DNA of 64,000 bases, from positions 3,913-67,912 of the forward strand of contig CBDUBH010000003.1 in NCBI GenBank assembly GCA_965365345.1. The letters run 5' to 3'. Below, piece after piece: positions 46,936 through 55,200 of the stretch. This DNA is from an uncultured Melioribacteraceae bacterium (GTDB lineage: Bacteria > Bacteroidota > Ignavibacteria > Ignavibacteriales > SURF-24). A program made the position numbers and the translations under genes. The notes beneath the pieces are model-generated. The model saw only the letters and a program-made list of their open reading frames with translations. It searched no databases and had not been told where the DNA came from. Each line of letters opens with the position of its first letter. Positions within the stretch are counted from its first letter, which is position 1.

Positions 46936-47719
46936 TCTTCAATAATTCTTTTGCTTCGGCTAAAACTTTTCCATCTTCAAAATGCGCAACCGGAATTTTT
47001 TCAATTTTGCTTAAAGTTTCTTTTGCTTTTTTATCTTCATCTTCGCGCAAATACGCTTTGCCCAATTCCAAATAAAACATTCTGAAATCCGGGTAAAGTT
47101 GAATTGCTTTGTTCAATTCCGAAATTGCGGTTTCCATATTTCCCCAGCCCAAGCCCAAAGGCGCGCGAATTAATTTTCCTTTTTCGCAGACTTTCGCGTG
47201 AGTTCTTCCTAAAATATAATGTGAAAGTGCCTGAACATAATTTCCGCCGTTACCGAGTTGAATCGCTTTTTCGGCATCTCTTTTAACATCTTTTACTAAT
47301 CCCACAGCCGAAAAAACTCCTTTGAAAAGTGCAATTCTTCCTGTGGAAATTGCGCGGCGAAGATAAGTCACTGATTCATTCGGAGCAAGTTTTACAGACC
47401 TTTCTGCATAATCCAAAGATTTCTGATAAAGTTTTTCCTGTTCTTCTTTTGATTGCAATTTTTCGGCAACATCAACATAAGCGCGTGAAATTCTCCACAA
47501 AACTTCCCAATTTTCCGGCGCGGATTTTTCCGCTTTCAAATATGTATCAAGCGCTTTTTGATTTTGAAACTGCTCGGTAAATTTATCGCCTTGTTTTATA
47601 AGCTCATCAACACTTTCAGCATTAATCTGAAATGAGAAAAATACCGACAAAAATATTGAAAGCGATAAAACTGATTTAATCGAAAAGTGATTCTTTAACT
47701 TCTTCATAAGATTTTCCAT
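46928..47719 (-). CDS. secreted TPR repeat protein
   Basis: Signal peptide (start may be Met at 47707). Several 34-aa TPR-like repeats (ALDTYLKAEKSAPENWEVLWRISRAY..., AISELNKAIQLYPDF...). Confidence 0.65.
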   Translation of the reverse strand: MENLMKKLKNHFSIKSVLSLSIFLSVFFSFQINAESVDELIKQGDKFTEQFQNQKALDTYLKAEKSAPENWEVLWRISRAYVDVAEKLQSKEEQEKLYQKSLDYAERSVKLAPNESVTYLRRAISTGRIALFKGVFSAVGLVKDVKRDAEKAIQLGNGGNYVQALSHYILGRTHAKVCEKGKLIRAPLGLGWGNMETAISELNKAIQLYPDFRMFYLELGKAYLREDEDKKAKETLSKIEKIPVAHFEDGKVLAEAKELLKKI

Positions 47720-48671
47720 ACTCCTCCGGAATATAAAGTGATGTTGAAACTAATGATAAATATTTTGTCCATTTATTATTTCCGTTCGCGTCATTTTCAA
47801 TTGCGCATTTGTACGCATTTGTTTTTGCGCTTAATTCATCGGCGTGATAAAGCACGATTGCTTCAAGCATTTTCGGTACAACGGGCGAAGCAAATTCCAA
47901 TTTTCCCTGATGAGATAAAACCAAATGTATAATTTGGTTTTTCAATTCTTCCGGAAATCCTTCTATCAATTTTGATTTTTCGTTTATCAGCATTGCGGAA
48001 ATTACAATGTGTCCTATCAATTTTCCTTTATCAGAATAATCAAAATTTCCGTCGAAAGTTAATTCTTCAACTTTTCCCAGATCGTGAAGAATTGCGGCGC
48101 AAATTAAAAGATCACGATTTATTTCATAATGAATATCGCACATCAGATCGCAAATTCTTATAATTTCTAAAGTATGTTCTAAAAGTCCGTGAATGTATGC
48201 GTGATGCCAGGCTTTTCCTGCCGGAACTTTTACAAATTTTTCGTAAACGGAATCTTCAAGAATCAAATTTAAAAGCGATTTTATATAGAAGTTTGAAATT
48301 CTATCTACTCGTTTTTTTAATTCTTTTTCCATAACCGAAATTTCTCTTTTTGATTTCGGAATAAAATCAGTTACAGAAACTCCGTCATTTTCATCGCAGC
48401 ATCTTATTGAATTTATTTTAATATTCAATTTTGAATTGAATTCATTAATTTCACCTGAAACTTTTACAACACAACCAACAACGGCAACTTTTTGAAATTC
48501 TTCAAATCCATCCCATAAAAATCCTGTCAATACTTGTGATTGATCGCCTAATTCCAAAAGCAGATAATTTTTGTTTGTGGTTGTAGTTTTTACTTCACAT
48601 TTTTTTAATAACAAAAAATGATTTACAATTTCGCCTTTTATTAATTTGGAAAGTTCTTTTTGGTTTAGCAT
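47676..48671 (-). CDS. OB-fold + HD domain 3'-5' exoribonuclease (YhaM-like)
   Basis: N-terminal OB fold (YLLLELGDQSQVLTGFLWD). HD domain WHHAYIHGLLEHTLEI...AAILHDLGK...SHQG, as in YhaM. Confidence 0.7.
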   Translation of the reverse strand: MLNQKELSKLIKGEIVNHFLLLKKCEVKTTTTNKNYLLLELGDQSQVLTGFLWDGFEEFQKVAVVGCVVKVSGEINEFNSKLNIKINSIRCCDENDGVSVTDFIPKSKREISVMEKELKKRVDRISNFYIKSLLNLILEDSVYEKFVKVPAGKAWHHAYIHGLLEHTLEIIRICDLMCDIHYEINRDLLICAAILHDLGKVEELTFDGNFDYSDKGKLIGHIVISAMLINEKSKLIEGFPEELKNQIIHLVLSHQGKLEFASPVVPKMLEAIVLYHADELSAKTNAYKCAIENDANGNNKWTKYLSLVSTSLYIPEEYGKSYEEVKESLFD

Positions 48672-48683
48672 AATCCACGCAAA

Positions 48684-49319
48684 TTATTGTTCTTCGTTGT
48701 TTTCTTTTTCTTCACTAACTTCTTTTGTAATGCTTTCTTGCGGTAAAGTTACTGTCACCGATCTATTCAAAAGATCAATAGAAACCGAAAGTGAATTTCC
48801 GCTTGGAGATTTTGTTACAAGTCCCGTTACGCCCGTAAAAGGTCCATCAATTATTTTAACTTTTTGCCCGACTTTTATCAAATCCGATACTAAAAATTCG
48901 CCTTTATTTTGCAGCATCGTTCTTAAGTTTTCAATCTGCCATGCCGGAATTTCAGCGGGTTTGCCGTTGAACGACAAACATTTTACAATACTTTTTGCCG
49001 TAAGCGAGGTCAATCTTTCTTTTTCGTTCACATAAACAAAAATGTAACCTCGTAAAAGCGGCTCGGTAATTTTCTTTTTTCTATCGCTCCATTGATTGAT
49101 TTTTATGTAAGTAGGCAAATAATGTTCAATATTATTTTCGCTTAATTCCGCCTGCGCTTTAAATTCATGACGCGGTTTTGTGTAAAGCGCAAACCATTTT
49201 TTATTTTGAGTTTGATTATTTACATGATTTTGAGTTTGATTATTTACATGATTTTGAATTTGATTTTGTTCATGATTTAGAACTTCAAACTCTTCCGGAT
49301 TTTCGTTTTTTTCTTCCAT
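48684..49319 (-). CDS. UpxY-family (NusG-like) transcription antiterminator
   Basis: WFALYTKPRHEFKA...YLPTY...WSDRKK..EPLLRGYIFV is an NGN domain. The KOW-like segment is VGQKVKIIDGPFTGVTGLV. Asn/Gln-rich repeat at the N-terminus. Confidence 0.75.
   Translation of the reverse strand: MEEKNENPEEFEVLNHEQNQIQNHVNNQTQNHVNNQTQNKKWFALYTKPRHEFKAQAELSENNIEHYLPTYIKINQWSDRKKKITEPLLRGYIFVYVNEKERLTSLTAKSIVKCLSFNGKPAEIPAWQIENLRTMLQNKGEFLVSDLIKVGQKVKIIDGPFTGVTGLVTKSPSGNSLSVSIDLLNRSVTVTLPQESITKEVSEEKENNEEQ
49204..49275 (-). repeat. 3 x 24-nt tandem repeat inside the UpxY-like CDS
   Basis: ttttgagtttgattatttacatga appears twice exactly, followed by the diverged copy ttttgaatttgattttgttcatga. It encodes (NHVNNQTQ)x2 plus NQIQNHV. 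Confidence 0.9.
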
Positions 49320-49525
49320 CCCCGCTTTGCTATTTGTTTAACGAATTATAAATATATCAAAAAAAAATAATGAATTTCCAAAATGATTTTTCATTTAATT
49401 AATTTACCGTAAAATTAAAAATATTTTTTATGAAGATTTGAAACTCACGAAAAAAGATTTTCAAAAATTCATCTATAATTTATGATGATAAAATTGCGGT
49501 AAAAGTTTAATGAAAAAATTTTTGC

Positions 49526-51124
49526 TTACTTTAAAACCGAATTTAAAGCTTCGGAAAAAATTTCCATCGAAACCGGTTTTTGAATAATTTTTTCAACGCC
49601 CAATCTTTTATATTTCAAAATCAGATCATCAGTAACAGCCGCGGCAATCAAAATTACGGGAACGCGCGTGCTTTCATCACGCTTTTTCATCGCTTCAATC
49701 AATTGAATTCCGTTCATCAAAGGCATATCATGATCCGTAATTACAATGCTCGGCGTTTTTTCCAAAACAAAACTCATCGCTTCATAACCGTTCGAAGTTT
49801 CAGCAATTTGATAATCAGGAAAATTATTTTTAATTATTTTTTTCCAAAGGATTCTTGTTGATTCTTCATCTTCAACTAAAAGCACAATGTTTTCAGCTTC
49901 GGGAACAGTAAAATGAAATTCGCTTCCAACATTTTCCTCAGAATAAAACCAAATATCGCCATTGTGTTTTTCGATGATTTGTTTCACTAAAGAAAGTCCC
50001 AAGCCGGTTCCTTTTTCGCCTTTTGTTCCTTCCGATGAAAATTTTTCTTCAAATCTGAAAAGCTTATTTTTATGAATTTCCGGAATCCCGATTCCTTCAT
50101 CTTTCACCGAAAATTCTATCAATCCTTTTTTGAAATTATTTGCTTTAACTTCAATGGTTTTAAATTCATTTGTAAATTTTATTGCGTTGCTTAAAAGATT
50201 TGTTAACGCCTGTTTAAGCAATCTTTCATCGCCTTGAATATAAAGATTTTCCGGAGCTTCGACTTTAATTTCTATATTTTTTCTTATCGCATTTCCCGTA
50301 AGCGAAGAAACCGTATCGTGAATAATTTTGCTCGCTTTTAATCTTTGCGGCTCAAATTTCATCATTCCGGTTTGAAGTTTTGCCCAATCCAAAAGATAAT
50401 TTACAAATTGAAGTTGATTTTGCGAAGCATCAAAAATGTAAGTTAAATATTCTCTTTTTTCTTCTTCGGAAAGATTAGGATCATTCAGCAGAATTTCAGA
50501 AAATCCTAAAATGCTTGTAAAAGGCGCGCGCAAATCGTGAGAAATTATCGCAATGAATTTATCTTTTGTTGAATTAAGTTCGCGGAATTTATTTTCATTT
50601 TCAATAAGATTTTGTTCATTTTCTTTTTGCACGGAAATATCTGAAATTATTCCGGTAAAATTTTCGATATTTCCTAAAATATCGCGCTTTGCGGAAATTT
50701 TTTCTTTCACATAAATTGCGGAATTATCTTTTTTGATGATCTTATATTCAAGATTCAAGCCTTGTTTTGCGGAATCCCTTTCAAAATCGATCATTTTTTT
50801 TCTGACTGAAAGAACATCTTGCGGATGAATTAAATTCAGCCATTTTGTAGGCATCGCTTTAATTTCATCTGAAGTGTAGCCGGTTAATTTTTTTACCGAA
50901 TCCGAATAAAAAATATCTTCAGAGCCGTTTTCAAATTTTATTGAATAAATAAAATCGGGAATATTTTTTGAAATTAGCTGAAGGTGATTTATTTCTGAAA
51001 GAAAATTTTTCTCGTCATTTTTTGATATTTCGATTGAAGAAGAATCAATTTCACTCATTTCAAAATTGATCTCATTTTCAATTGCATTATTTTGAAAATT
51101 ATCCGCGCCCGTCATATTTTCCAT
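49526..51124 (-). CDS. hybrid sensor histidine kinase (PAS - HisKA - HATPase - receiver)
   Basis: H box ISHDLRAPFTSILGFSE, N box LSNAIKFT, G boxes VKDEGIGIP and GTGLGLSLV. C-terminal receiver VLLVEDEE...ITDHDMPLMNG. Confidence 0.9.
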   Translation of the reverse strand: MENMTGADNFQNNAIENEINFEMSEIDSSSIEISKNDEKNFLSEINHLQLISKNIPDFIYSIKFENGSEDIFYSDSVKKLTGYTSDEIKAMPTKWLNLIHPQDVLSVRKKMIDFERDSAKQGLNLEYKIIKKDNSAIYVKEKISAKRDILGNIENFTGIISDISVQKENEQNLIENENKFRELNSTKDKFIAIISHDLRAPFTSILGFSEILLNDPNLSEEEKREYLTYIFDASQNQLQFVNYLLDWAKLQTGMMKFEPQRLKASKIIHDTVSSLTGNAIRKNIEIKVEAPENLYIQGDERLLKQALTNLLSNAIKFTNEFKTIEVKANNFKKGLIEFSVKDEGIGIPEIHKNKLFRFEEKFSSEGTKGEKGTGLGLSLVKQIIEKHNGDIWFYSEENVGSEFHFTVPEAENIVLLVEDEESTRILWKKIIKNNFPDYQIAETSNGYEAMSFVLEKTPSIVITDHDMPLMNGIQLIEAMKKRDESTRVPVILIAAAVTDDLILKYKRLGVEKIIQKPVSMEIFSEALNSVLK

Positions 51125-51215
51125 AACTTTCTATTTTTTGAATGACAAAATAAGAATTTATTTTAAAGATTTACAATACAATTATATTAATCGAAAATTA
51201 TTCTGCTTAATTGAA

Positions 51216-51295
51216 AAGAAAGATGAAAAGATTCAAAGATGAAAAGATTAGAAAGATTACAAAGATTAGAAAGATTAAAAAGATTAGAAAGATTA
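51216..51295 (+). repeat. 9-nt quasi-tandem array (AGATTAnAA)n, about 8 units
   Basis: aagaaagatgaaaagattcaaagatgaaaagattagaaagattacaaagattagaaagattaaaaagattagaaagatta. The last unit overlaps the stop codon (complement tta at 51293-95) of the four-helix-bundle gene. Confidence 0.9.
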
Positions 51296-51664
51296 TTTTT
51301 TTGAAAGATTATTTTTTAGATATTTTATAAAATTTGAAAGTTGTGTAATAATATTCAAAGATTTTTCATAATGAATTTTGAATTGTTCGTACGTTATGTA
51401 TTTTAAATCGAGTGCTATATATAACATTGAACGAACTTCCCCGGCAGAACCTTTTGCATAAACTAAAAATCGTATAAATTCTTTATTGTTATTTCTTTCA
51501 AATCCTTCGGCAATATTATTTAAAATTGAAACTGCTGCTCTTTGAATTTGGTCTTTCAATCCGAAATCAAATTTAAATTTTTCCGAAGAAGTTAATTGAT
51601 AAATTTCTTTTACAAAAATTCTTGAATCCTGCCAGATTTTCATTTCTTCAAAATTTCTAATCAT
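51293..51664 (-). CDS. four-helix-bundle protein (23S rRNA intervening-sequence protein family, TIGR02436-like)
   Basis: MKIWQDSRIFVKEIYQLT...LKDQIQRAAVSILNNIAEGFER....EFIRFLVYAKGSAGEVRSMLYIALDLKYI is the characteristic family pattern. Confidence 0.85.
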   Translation of the reverse strand: MIRNFEEMKIWQDSRIFVKEIYQLTSSEKFKFDFGLKDQIQRAAVSILNNIAEGFERNNNKEFIRFLVYAKGSAGEVRSMLYIALDLKYITYEQFKIHYEKSLNIITQLSNFIKYLKNNLSKK

Positions 51665-51704
51665 AATTTTACCTTTTCAGTTTTCCATTTATAAATTCTT
51701 TCCA

Positions 51705-51748
51705 TGTTTAAATATTCTAATCTTTTTAATCTTTCCAATCTTTCTACT
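51705..51748 (-). repeat. AAGATT array in reverse orientation (inverted partner of 51216-51295)
   Basis: The plus strand reads tgtttaaatattctaatctttttaatctttccaatctttctact. Its reverse complement is agtagaaagattggaaagattaaaaagattagaatatttaaaca. Confidence 0.8.
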
Positions 51749-51847
51749 CAAAATAAAAATAAATTTCAACCTTGATTAAATCATAATTTTAGAATTACTT
51801 TTACCTCTCTGAAAATATTATTTCATTTAAAAATTTTGGTAAGAAAA

Positions 51848-54025
51848 ATGATCAACATTCCTTCAACAATTGCAAAAGAATTAAACATAAAAAACGAACA
51901 GGTAAAAGAAGTTGTTACAATGTTCGGCGAAGGCGCAACCATTCCTTTTATCGCGCGTTACAGAAAAGAAAAAACCGGCGGACTTGATGAAGAACAGTTA
52001 CGCGAAATTGAAGACCGCTTAAATTATTTAACGATTCTTGAAGAACGAAAAGAAACGATTTTAAAATCGATTGAAGAGCAAGGCAAATTAACCGATGAAT
52101 TAAAAGCGAAAATTGAAAACTCTACAAAACTTCAAGAAGTTGAAGATCTTTATCTTCCTTACAAACCGAAAAGAAAAACGCGCGGCACAATTGCAAAAGC
52201 AAAAGGTTTGGAACCGCTTGCAATTTTCATTTTGGAAAATCCGAAGTTCAAAGGAAATTTTGAAGAAAAACTTGCCGAATTTATTACCGGTGAAGTTCCA
52301 ACAATTGCTGATGCGCTTCAAGGAGCAAAAGATATTATTGCAGAAATGATAAGCGATAACGCCGAAGTCAGAAAAGTTATCCGCGAACTTCTTTTAGAGA
52401 CTTCCATTTTAGTTTCGGAAAAAGCGAAAGAAAGAGAAGTTACCAAAAATGAAAAACTTGAAAACAGAAAAGATGTCTACGAAATTTATTATGAATTTAA
52501 AGCTCCGGTAAATAAAATTAAACCTTATCAAACTTTGGCCGTAAATCGTGGCGAACGCGAAAAAATGTTAAAAATTTCCATCGCAGCTGAAAACGAAATT
52601 GCGATAAAAGAAATTTTGAAAACTTTTCTTTCTTATCACGAATCTGAATTTATGGATTTGTTAACAGAAATTGCGGAAGATTCATACGACAGATTAATTT
52701 TCCCTTCGCTTGAAAGAGAAGTAAGAAATCATCTAACCGAAATTGCGGATCTTCACGCGATTGAAATTTTTGCATCAAATTTGCGCCAGTTACTTTTGCA
52801 GCCGCCGATTGCGGGCAAAATGATTATGGGAATTGATCCGGGATTTGTTTCGGGCTGTAAAGTTGCAATTATTGATACAACCGGAAAATATATTGAAGGA
52901 AATACGATTTATCCGCATCCGCCGCAAAACAGAAAAGGTGAAGCGGAAAAAATTATTCTCGCACTTGTAAAAAAATATGATGTCGGATTGATAGCAATCG
53001 GAAACGGAACCGCAAGCCGCGAAACTGAATTTTTGGTTGCGGAATTGATTAAAGAAAATAATTTAAAATGCCATTACTTAATTGTAAATGAAGCGGGCGC
53101 TTCGGTTTATTCGGCTTCACCGCTTGCAAAACAGGAATTCCCGGATTTGGAAGCAAGTCAAAGAGGAAATATTTCAATCGCGCGTAGAGTTTTGGATCCG
53201 CTTGCCGAGCTTGTAAAAATTGATTCTAAATCGATTGGCGTTGGTTTGTATCAGCATGATGTTGATCAAAAATTACTTAACAAAAAATTAGATGATGTTG
53301 TTGTTAGCTGCGTGAATTATGTCGGTGTTGATTTAAACACAGCTTCAGTTTCTCTTTTAACTTACGTTTCCGGATTGAACAAAAGAATTGCCGGAAATAT
53401 AGTAAAATTCAGAGAAGAAAAAGGAATTTTTAAAAGCAGAAAAGAGTTGATGAAAGTTTCCGGTTTAGGTGAAAAAGCGTTTGAACAGGCAGCTGGATTT
53501 TTGAAAGTTGCAAACGGCGAAAATCCTTTGGATAATACTTTCATTCATCCGGAATCTTATGAAGCCACAGAACAGCTTTTAAAAGTTTGCAACGTTCCTT
53601 TGGATAAAATTCGGGAAAGCGGCGCAATGATTTCATTCTACGCAAATAATAAAGGCGTTTCAAATTTGGCAAAGCAAATAGGAATCGGCGAACCGACTTT
53701 AATTGACATAATTGAAAACATTAAAAAACCGGGACGCGATCCTCGTGATGAAATGCCTAAACCTATTTTACGCAGCGATGTTTTGAAAATGGAAGACTTA
53801 ACAATCGGAATGCGTTTAAAAGGAACTGTTAGAAATGTTGTTGATTTTGGTGCTTTTGTTGATATCGGCGTAAAGCAAGATGGTTTGATTCACATATCGC
53901 AAATCGCGAATAAATTTGTAAAAAATCCAATGGAAGTTCTGAACGTTGGTGATATTCTAGATGTAACAATTATCGGAATTGATATTGCCAAAGGAAGAAT
54001 TTCACTTAGCATGAAGGATAATTAG
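51848..54025 (+). CDS. tex: Tex-like transcription accessory protein (S1 RNA-binding domain)
   Basis: EGATIPFIARYRKEKTGGLDEEQLREI, YqgF/RuvC-like core, HhH motifs. C-terminal S1 domain GMRLKGTVRNVVDFGAFVDIG..DGLIHISQ. ATG at 51848 preferred to the TTG at 51836. Confidence 0.9.
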   Translation: MINIPSTIAKELNIKNEQVKEVVTMFGEGATIPFIARYRKEKTGGLDEEQLREIEDRLNYLTILEERKETILKSIEEQGKLTDELKAKIENSTKLQEVEDLYLPYKPKRKTRGTIAKAKGLEPLAIFILENPKFKGNFEEKLAEFITGEVPTIADALQGAKDIIAEMISDNAEVRKVIRELLLETSILVSEKAKEREVTKNEKLENRKDVYEIYYEFKAPVNKIKPYQTLAVNRGEREKMLKISIAAENEIAIKEILKTFLSYHESEFMDLLTEIAEDSYDRLIFPSLEREVRNHLTEIADLHAIEIFASNLRQLLLQPPIAGKMIMGIDPGFVSGCKVAIIDTTGKYIEGNTIYPHPPQNRKGEAEKIILALVKKYDVGLIAIGNGTASRETEFLVAELIKENNLKCHYLIVNEAGASVYSASPLAKQEFPDLEASQRGNISIARRVLDPLAELVKIDSKSIGVGLYQHDVDQKLLNKKLDDVVVSCVNYVGVDLNTASVSLLTYVSGLNKRIAGNIVKFREEKGIFKSRKELMKVSGLGEKAFEQAAGFLKVANGENPLDNTFIHPESYEATEQLLKVCNVPLDKIRESGAMISFYANNKGVSNLAKQIGIGEPTLIDIIENIKKPGRDPRDEMPKPILRSDVLKMEDLTIGMRLKGTVRNVVDFGAFVDIGVKQDGLIHISQIANKFVKNPMEVLNVGDILDVTIIGIDIAKGRISLSMKDN

Positions 54026-54096
54026 AAAGTTAGAATTAAGAATGTAAGAAATAAAAAGCCGTCATTCCGGCTTGTCCGGAATCTGACGGCTTTTTT
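54024..54096 (+). terminator. AGAAT/AAGAT array plus long GTCATTCCGG hairpin and T-run: terminator of tex
   Basis: tAGaaagttagaattaagaatgtaagaaataaaaa, then gccgtcattccgg-cttgt-ccggaatctgacggc (54058-54090), then tttttt. Confidence 0.8.
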
Positions 54097-54105
54097 CGTA
54101 TTCAA

Positions 54106-55023
54106 TTAATTTAAAACACTTTTTATAAATTTTCTTGAATTACTTTTAGTTAGTTGCTTAAGGATTTTATCTGTTTTGATATCATACAAAAATAAGTTAG
54201 TCATTTTTGGATATCCCAAATTATCAAAATCTTCTCCAACTTTACTTCCGGTAAAGATGATAGTTTCATTATCTATTAAAAAATCAAATCCGATAACTTC
54301 GAGTGATTCATTTTCAAGACCACTTAAAGGTTGAATTTCAAGAGAAGGATATTTAAGTAAAGTTGAATTATTTAATAAAAGATATTTTCTATCTTCTGAC
54401 CACATCATTACGTATTTTGCATCAGGTACATTTGTTTTTCTCCTATTTTCATCACTATAATCATAAAATGATACTTCAACAGTAGATAAACTATAATTAA
54501 CATGAACTACAGCGATTTTTTGATTGCTATAAACAGCAAAGGTATGAATATCGGAATCGGTTTCATATTCCCTAATTTTTTTGAAATCCGGAAGAGTATA
54601 ACTGGTTATTTTGTTTCCTTTAGCTAAATAAAGTGTGTCGTTATAAATAGATTCAGCAACTACTCCGGGTTGATTTCCTAACTTCTTTACTTTAGAGGTT
54701 AAAACATCATAAATACCTATATCGTCCATATAATTTTTCATGAATATACTCTTACCATTGTTAAAAAGTAAATATGAATTCCTTTTTACTTCATTAAAAT
54801 TAGTAAAAGTTAATTTTTCATTTGTATCCAGATTAAATAAAATTAAATTTTCTTGGTTATTATTTGCATCTACTTCATCCATGTATAAAACTTTTCTGCC
54901 ATTAAAATTAAATTGTAGATTTTCTTCTTTTTTATCCGTTTCTGATCGATCAATCTTGCCGTTACAGTTATTAAAAACAAGAAATAAAAGAATGAATAAT
55001 TTGTATAGGTTTTTGATTTTCAT
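54106..55023 (-). CDS. hypothetical lipoprotein, beta-propeller-like repeats
   Basis: Lipobox LVFNNC. Repetitive beta-rich sequence (..LFNLDTNE.., ..IYDVLTSK.., ..LYDIKTDK..) reminiscent of TolB/WD40-like blades. Very AT-rich. No family recognised. Confidence 0.45.
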   Translation of the reverse strand: MKIKNLYKLFILLFLVFNNCNGKIDRSETDKKEENLQFNFNGRKVLYMDEVDANNNQENLILFNLDTNEKLTFTNFNEVKRNSYLLFNNGKSIFMKNYMDDIGIYDVLTSKVKKLGNQPGVVAESIYNDTLYLAKGNKITSYTLPDFKKIREYETDSDIHTFAVYSNQKIAVVHVNYSLSTVEVSFYDYSDENRRKTNVPDAKYVMMWSEDRKYLLLNNSTLLKYPSLEIQPLSGLENESLEVIGFDFLIDNETIIFTGSKVGEDFDNLGYPKMTNLFLYDIKTDKILKQLTKSNSRKFIKSVLN

Positions 55024-55095
55024 AAGCTCTCTGAATAATGAATATTTGGAACCAACTTTCGCAAAGTAATAATTTTACAATTTAATTTCAAAGAA

Positions 55096-55128
55096 CTTCT
55101 TCCCATTCTAACATTCTCACATTCTTCC
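55096..55128 (-). repeat. AGAATG array in reverse orientation (inverted partner of 54024-54056)
   Basis: The plus strand reads cttcttcccattctaacattctcacattcttcc. Its reverse complement ggaagaatgtgagaatgttagaatgggaagaag shares GTTAGAAT and AGAATGTrAGAA with 54027-54052. Confidence 0.65.
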
Positions 55129-55200
55129 TATAACATTTTATACTATAAATCATTATATTTTGAATTATTCCATAATTAAAATCAAAACGGAAAAATCTAA

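Noticed and set aside
48646-49035. 129-aa + strand ORF antisense to the UpxY-like gene. The same judgement applies to similar antisense or out-of-frame ORFs at 12257..12610, 21558..21881, 30494..30805, 54740..55069, 56456..56764 and others.
   Set aside because: Each is fully embedded in a CDS with strong family motifs on the other strand or frame, and none has a recognisable motif of its own. I treated them as shadow ORFs.
51216-51295. 9-nt tandem arrays as a CRISPR-like array
   Set aside because: The period (~9 nt) is far too short. There are no unique spacers between repeats and no cas genes anywhere in the window.
51293-51664. Four-helix-bundle protein as the Avd component of a diversity-generating retroelement
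   Set aside because: No reverse transcriptase ORF, template/variable repeat pair or target gene is visible within several kb. I kept only the cassette-like flanking-repeat observation.
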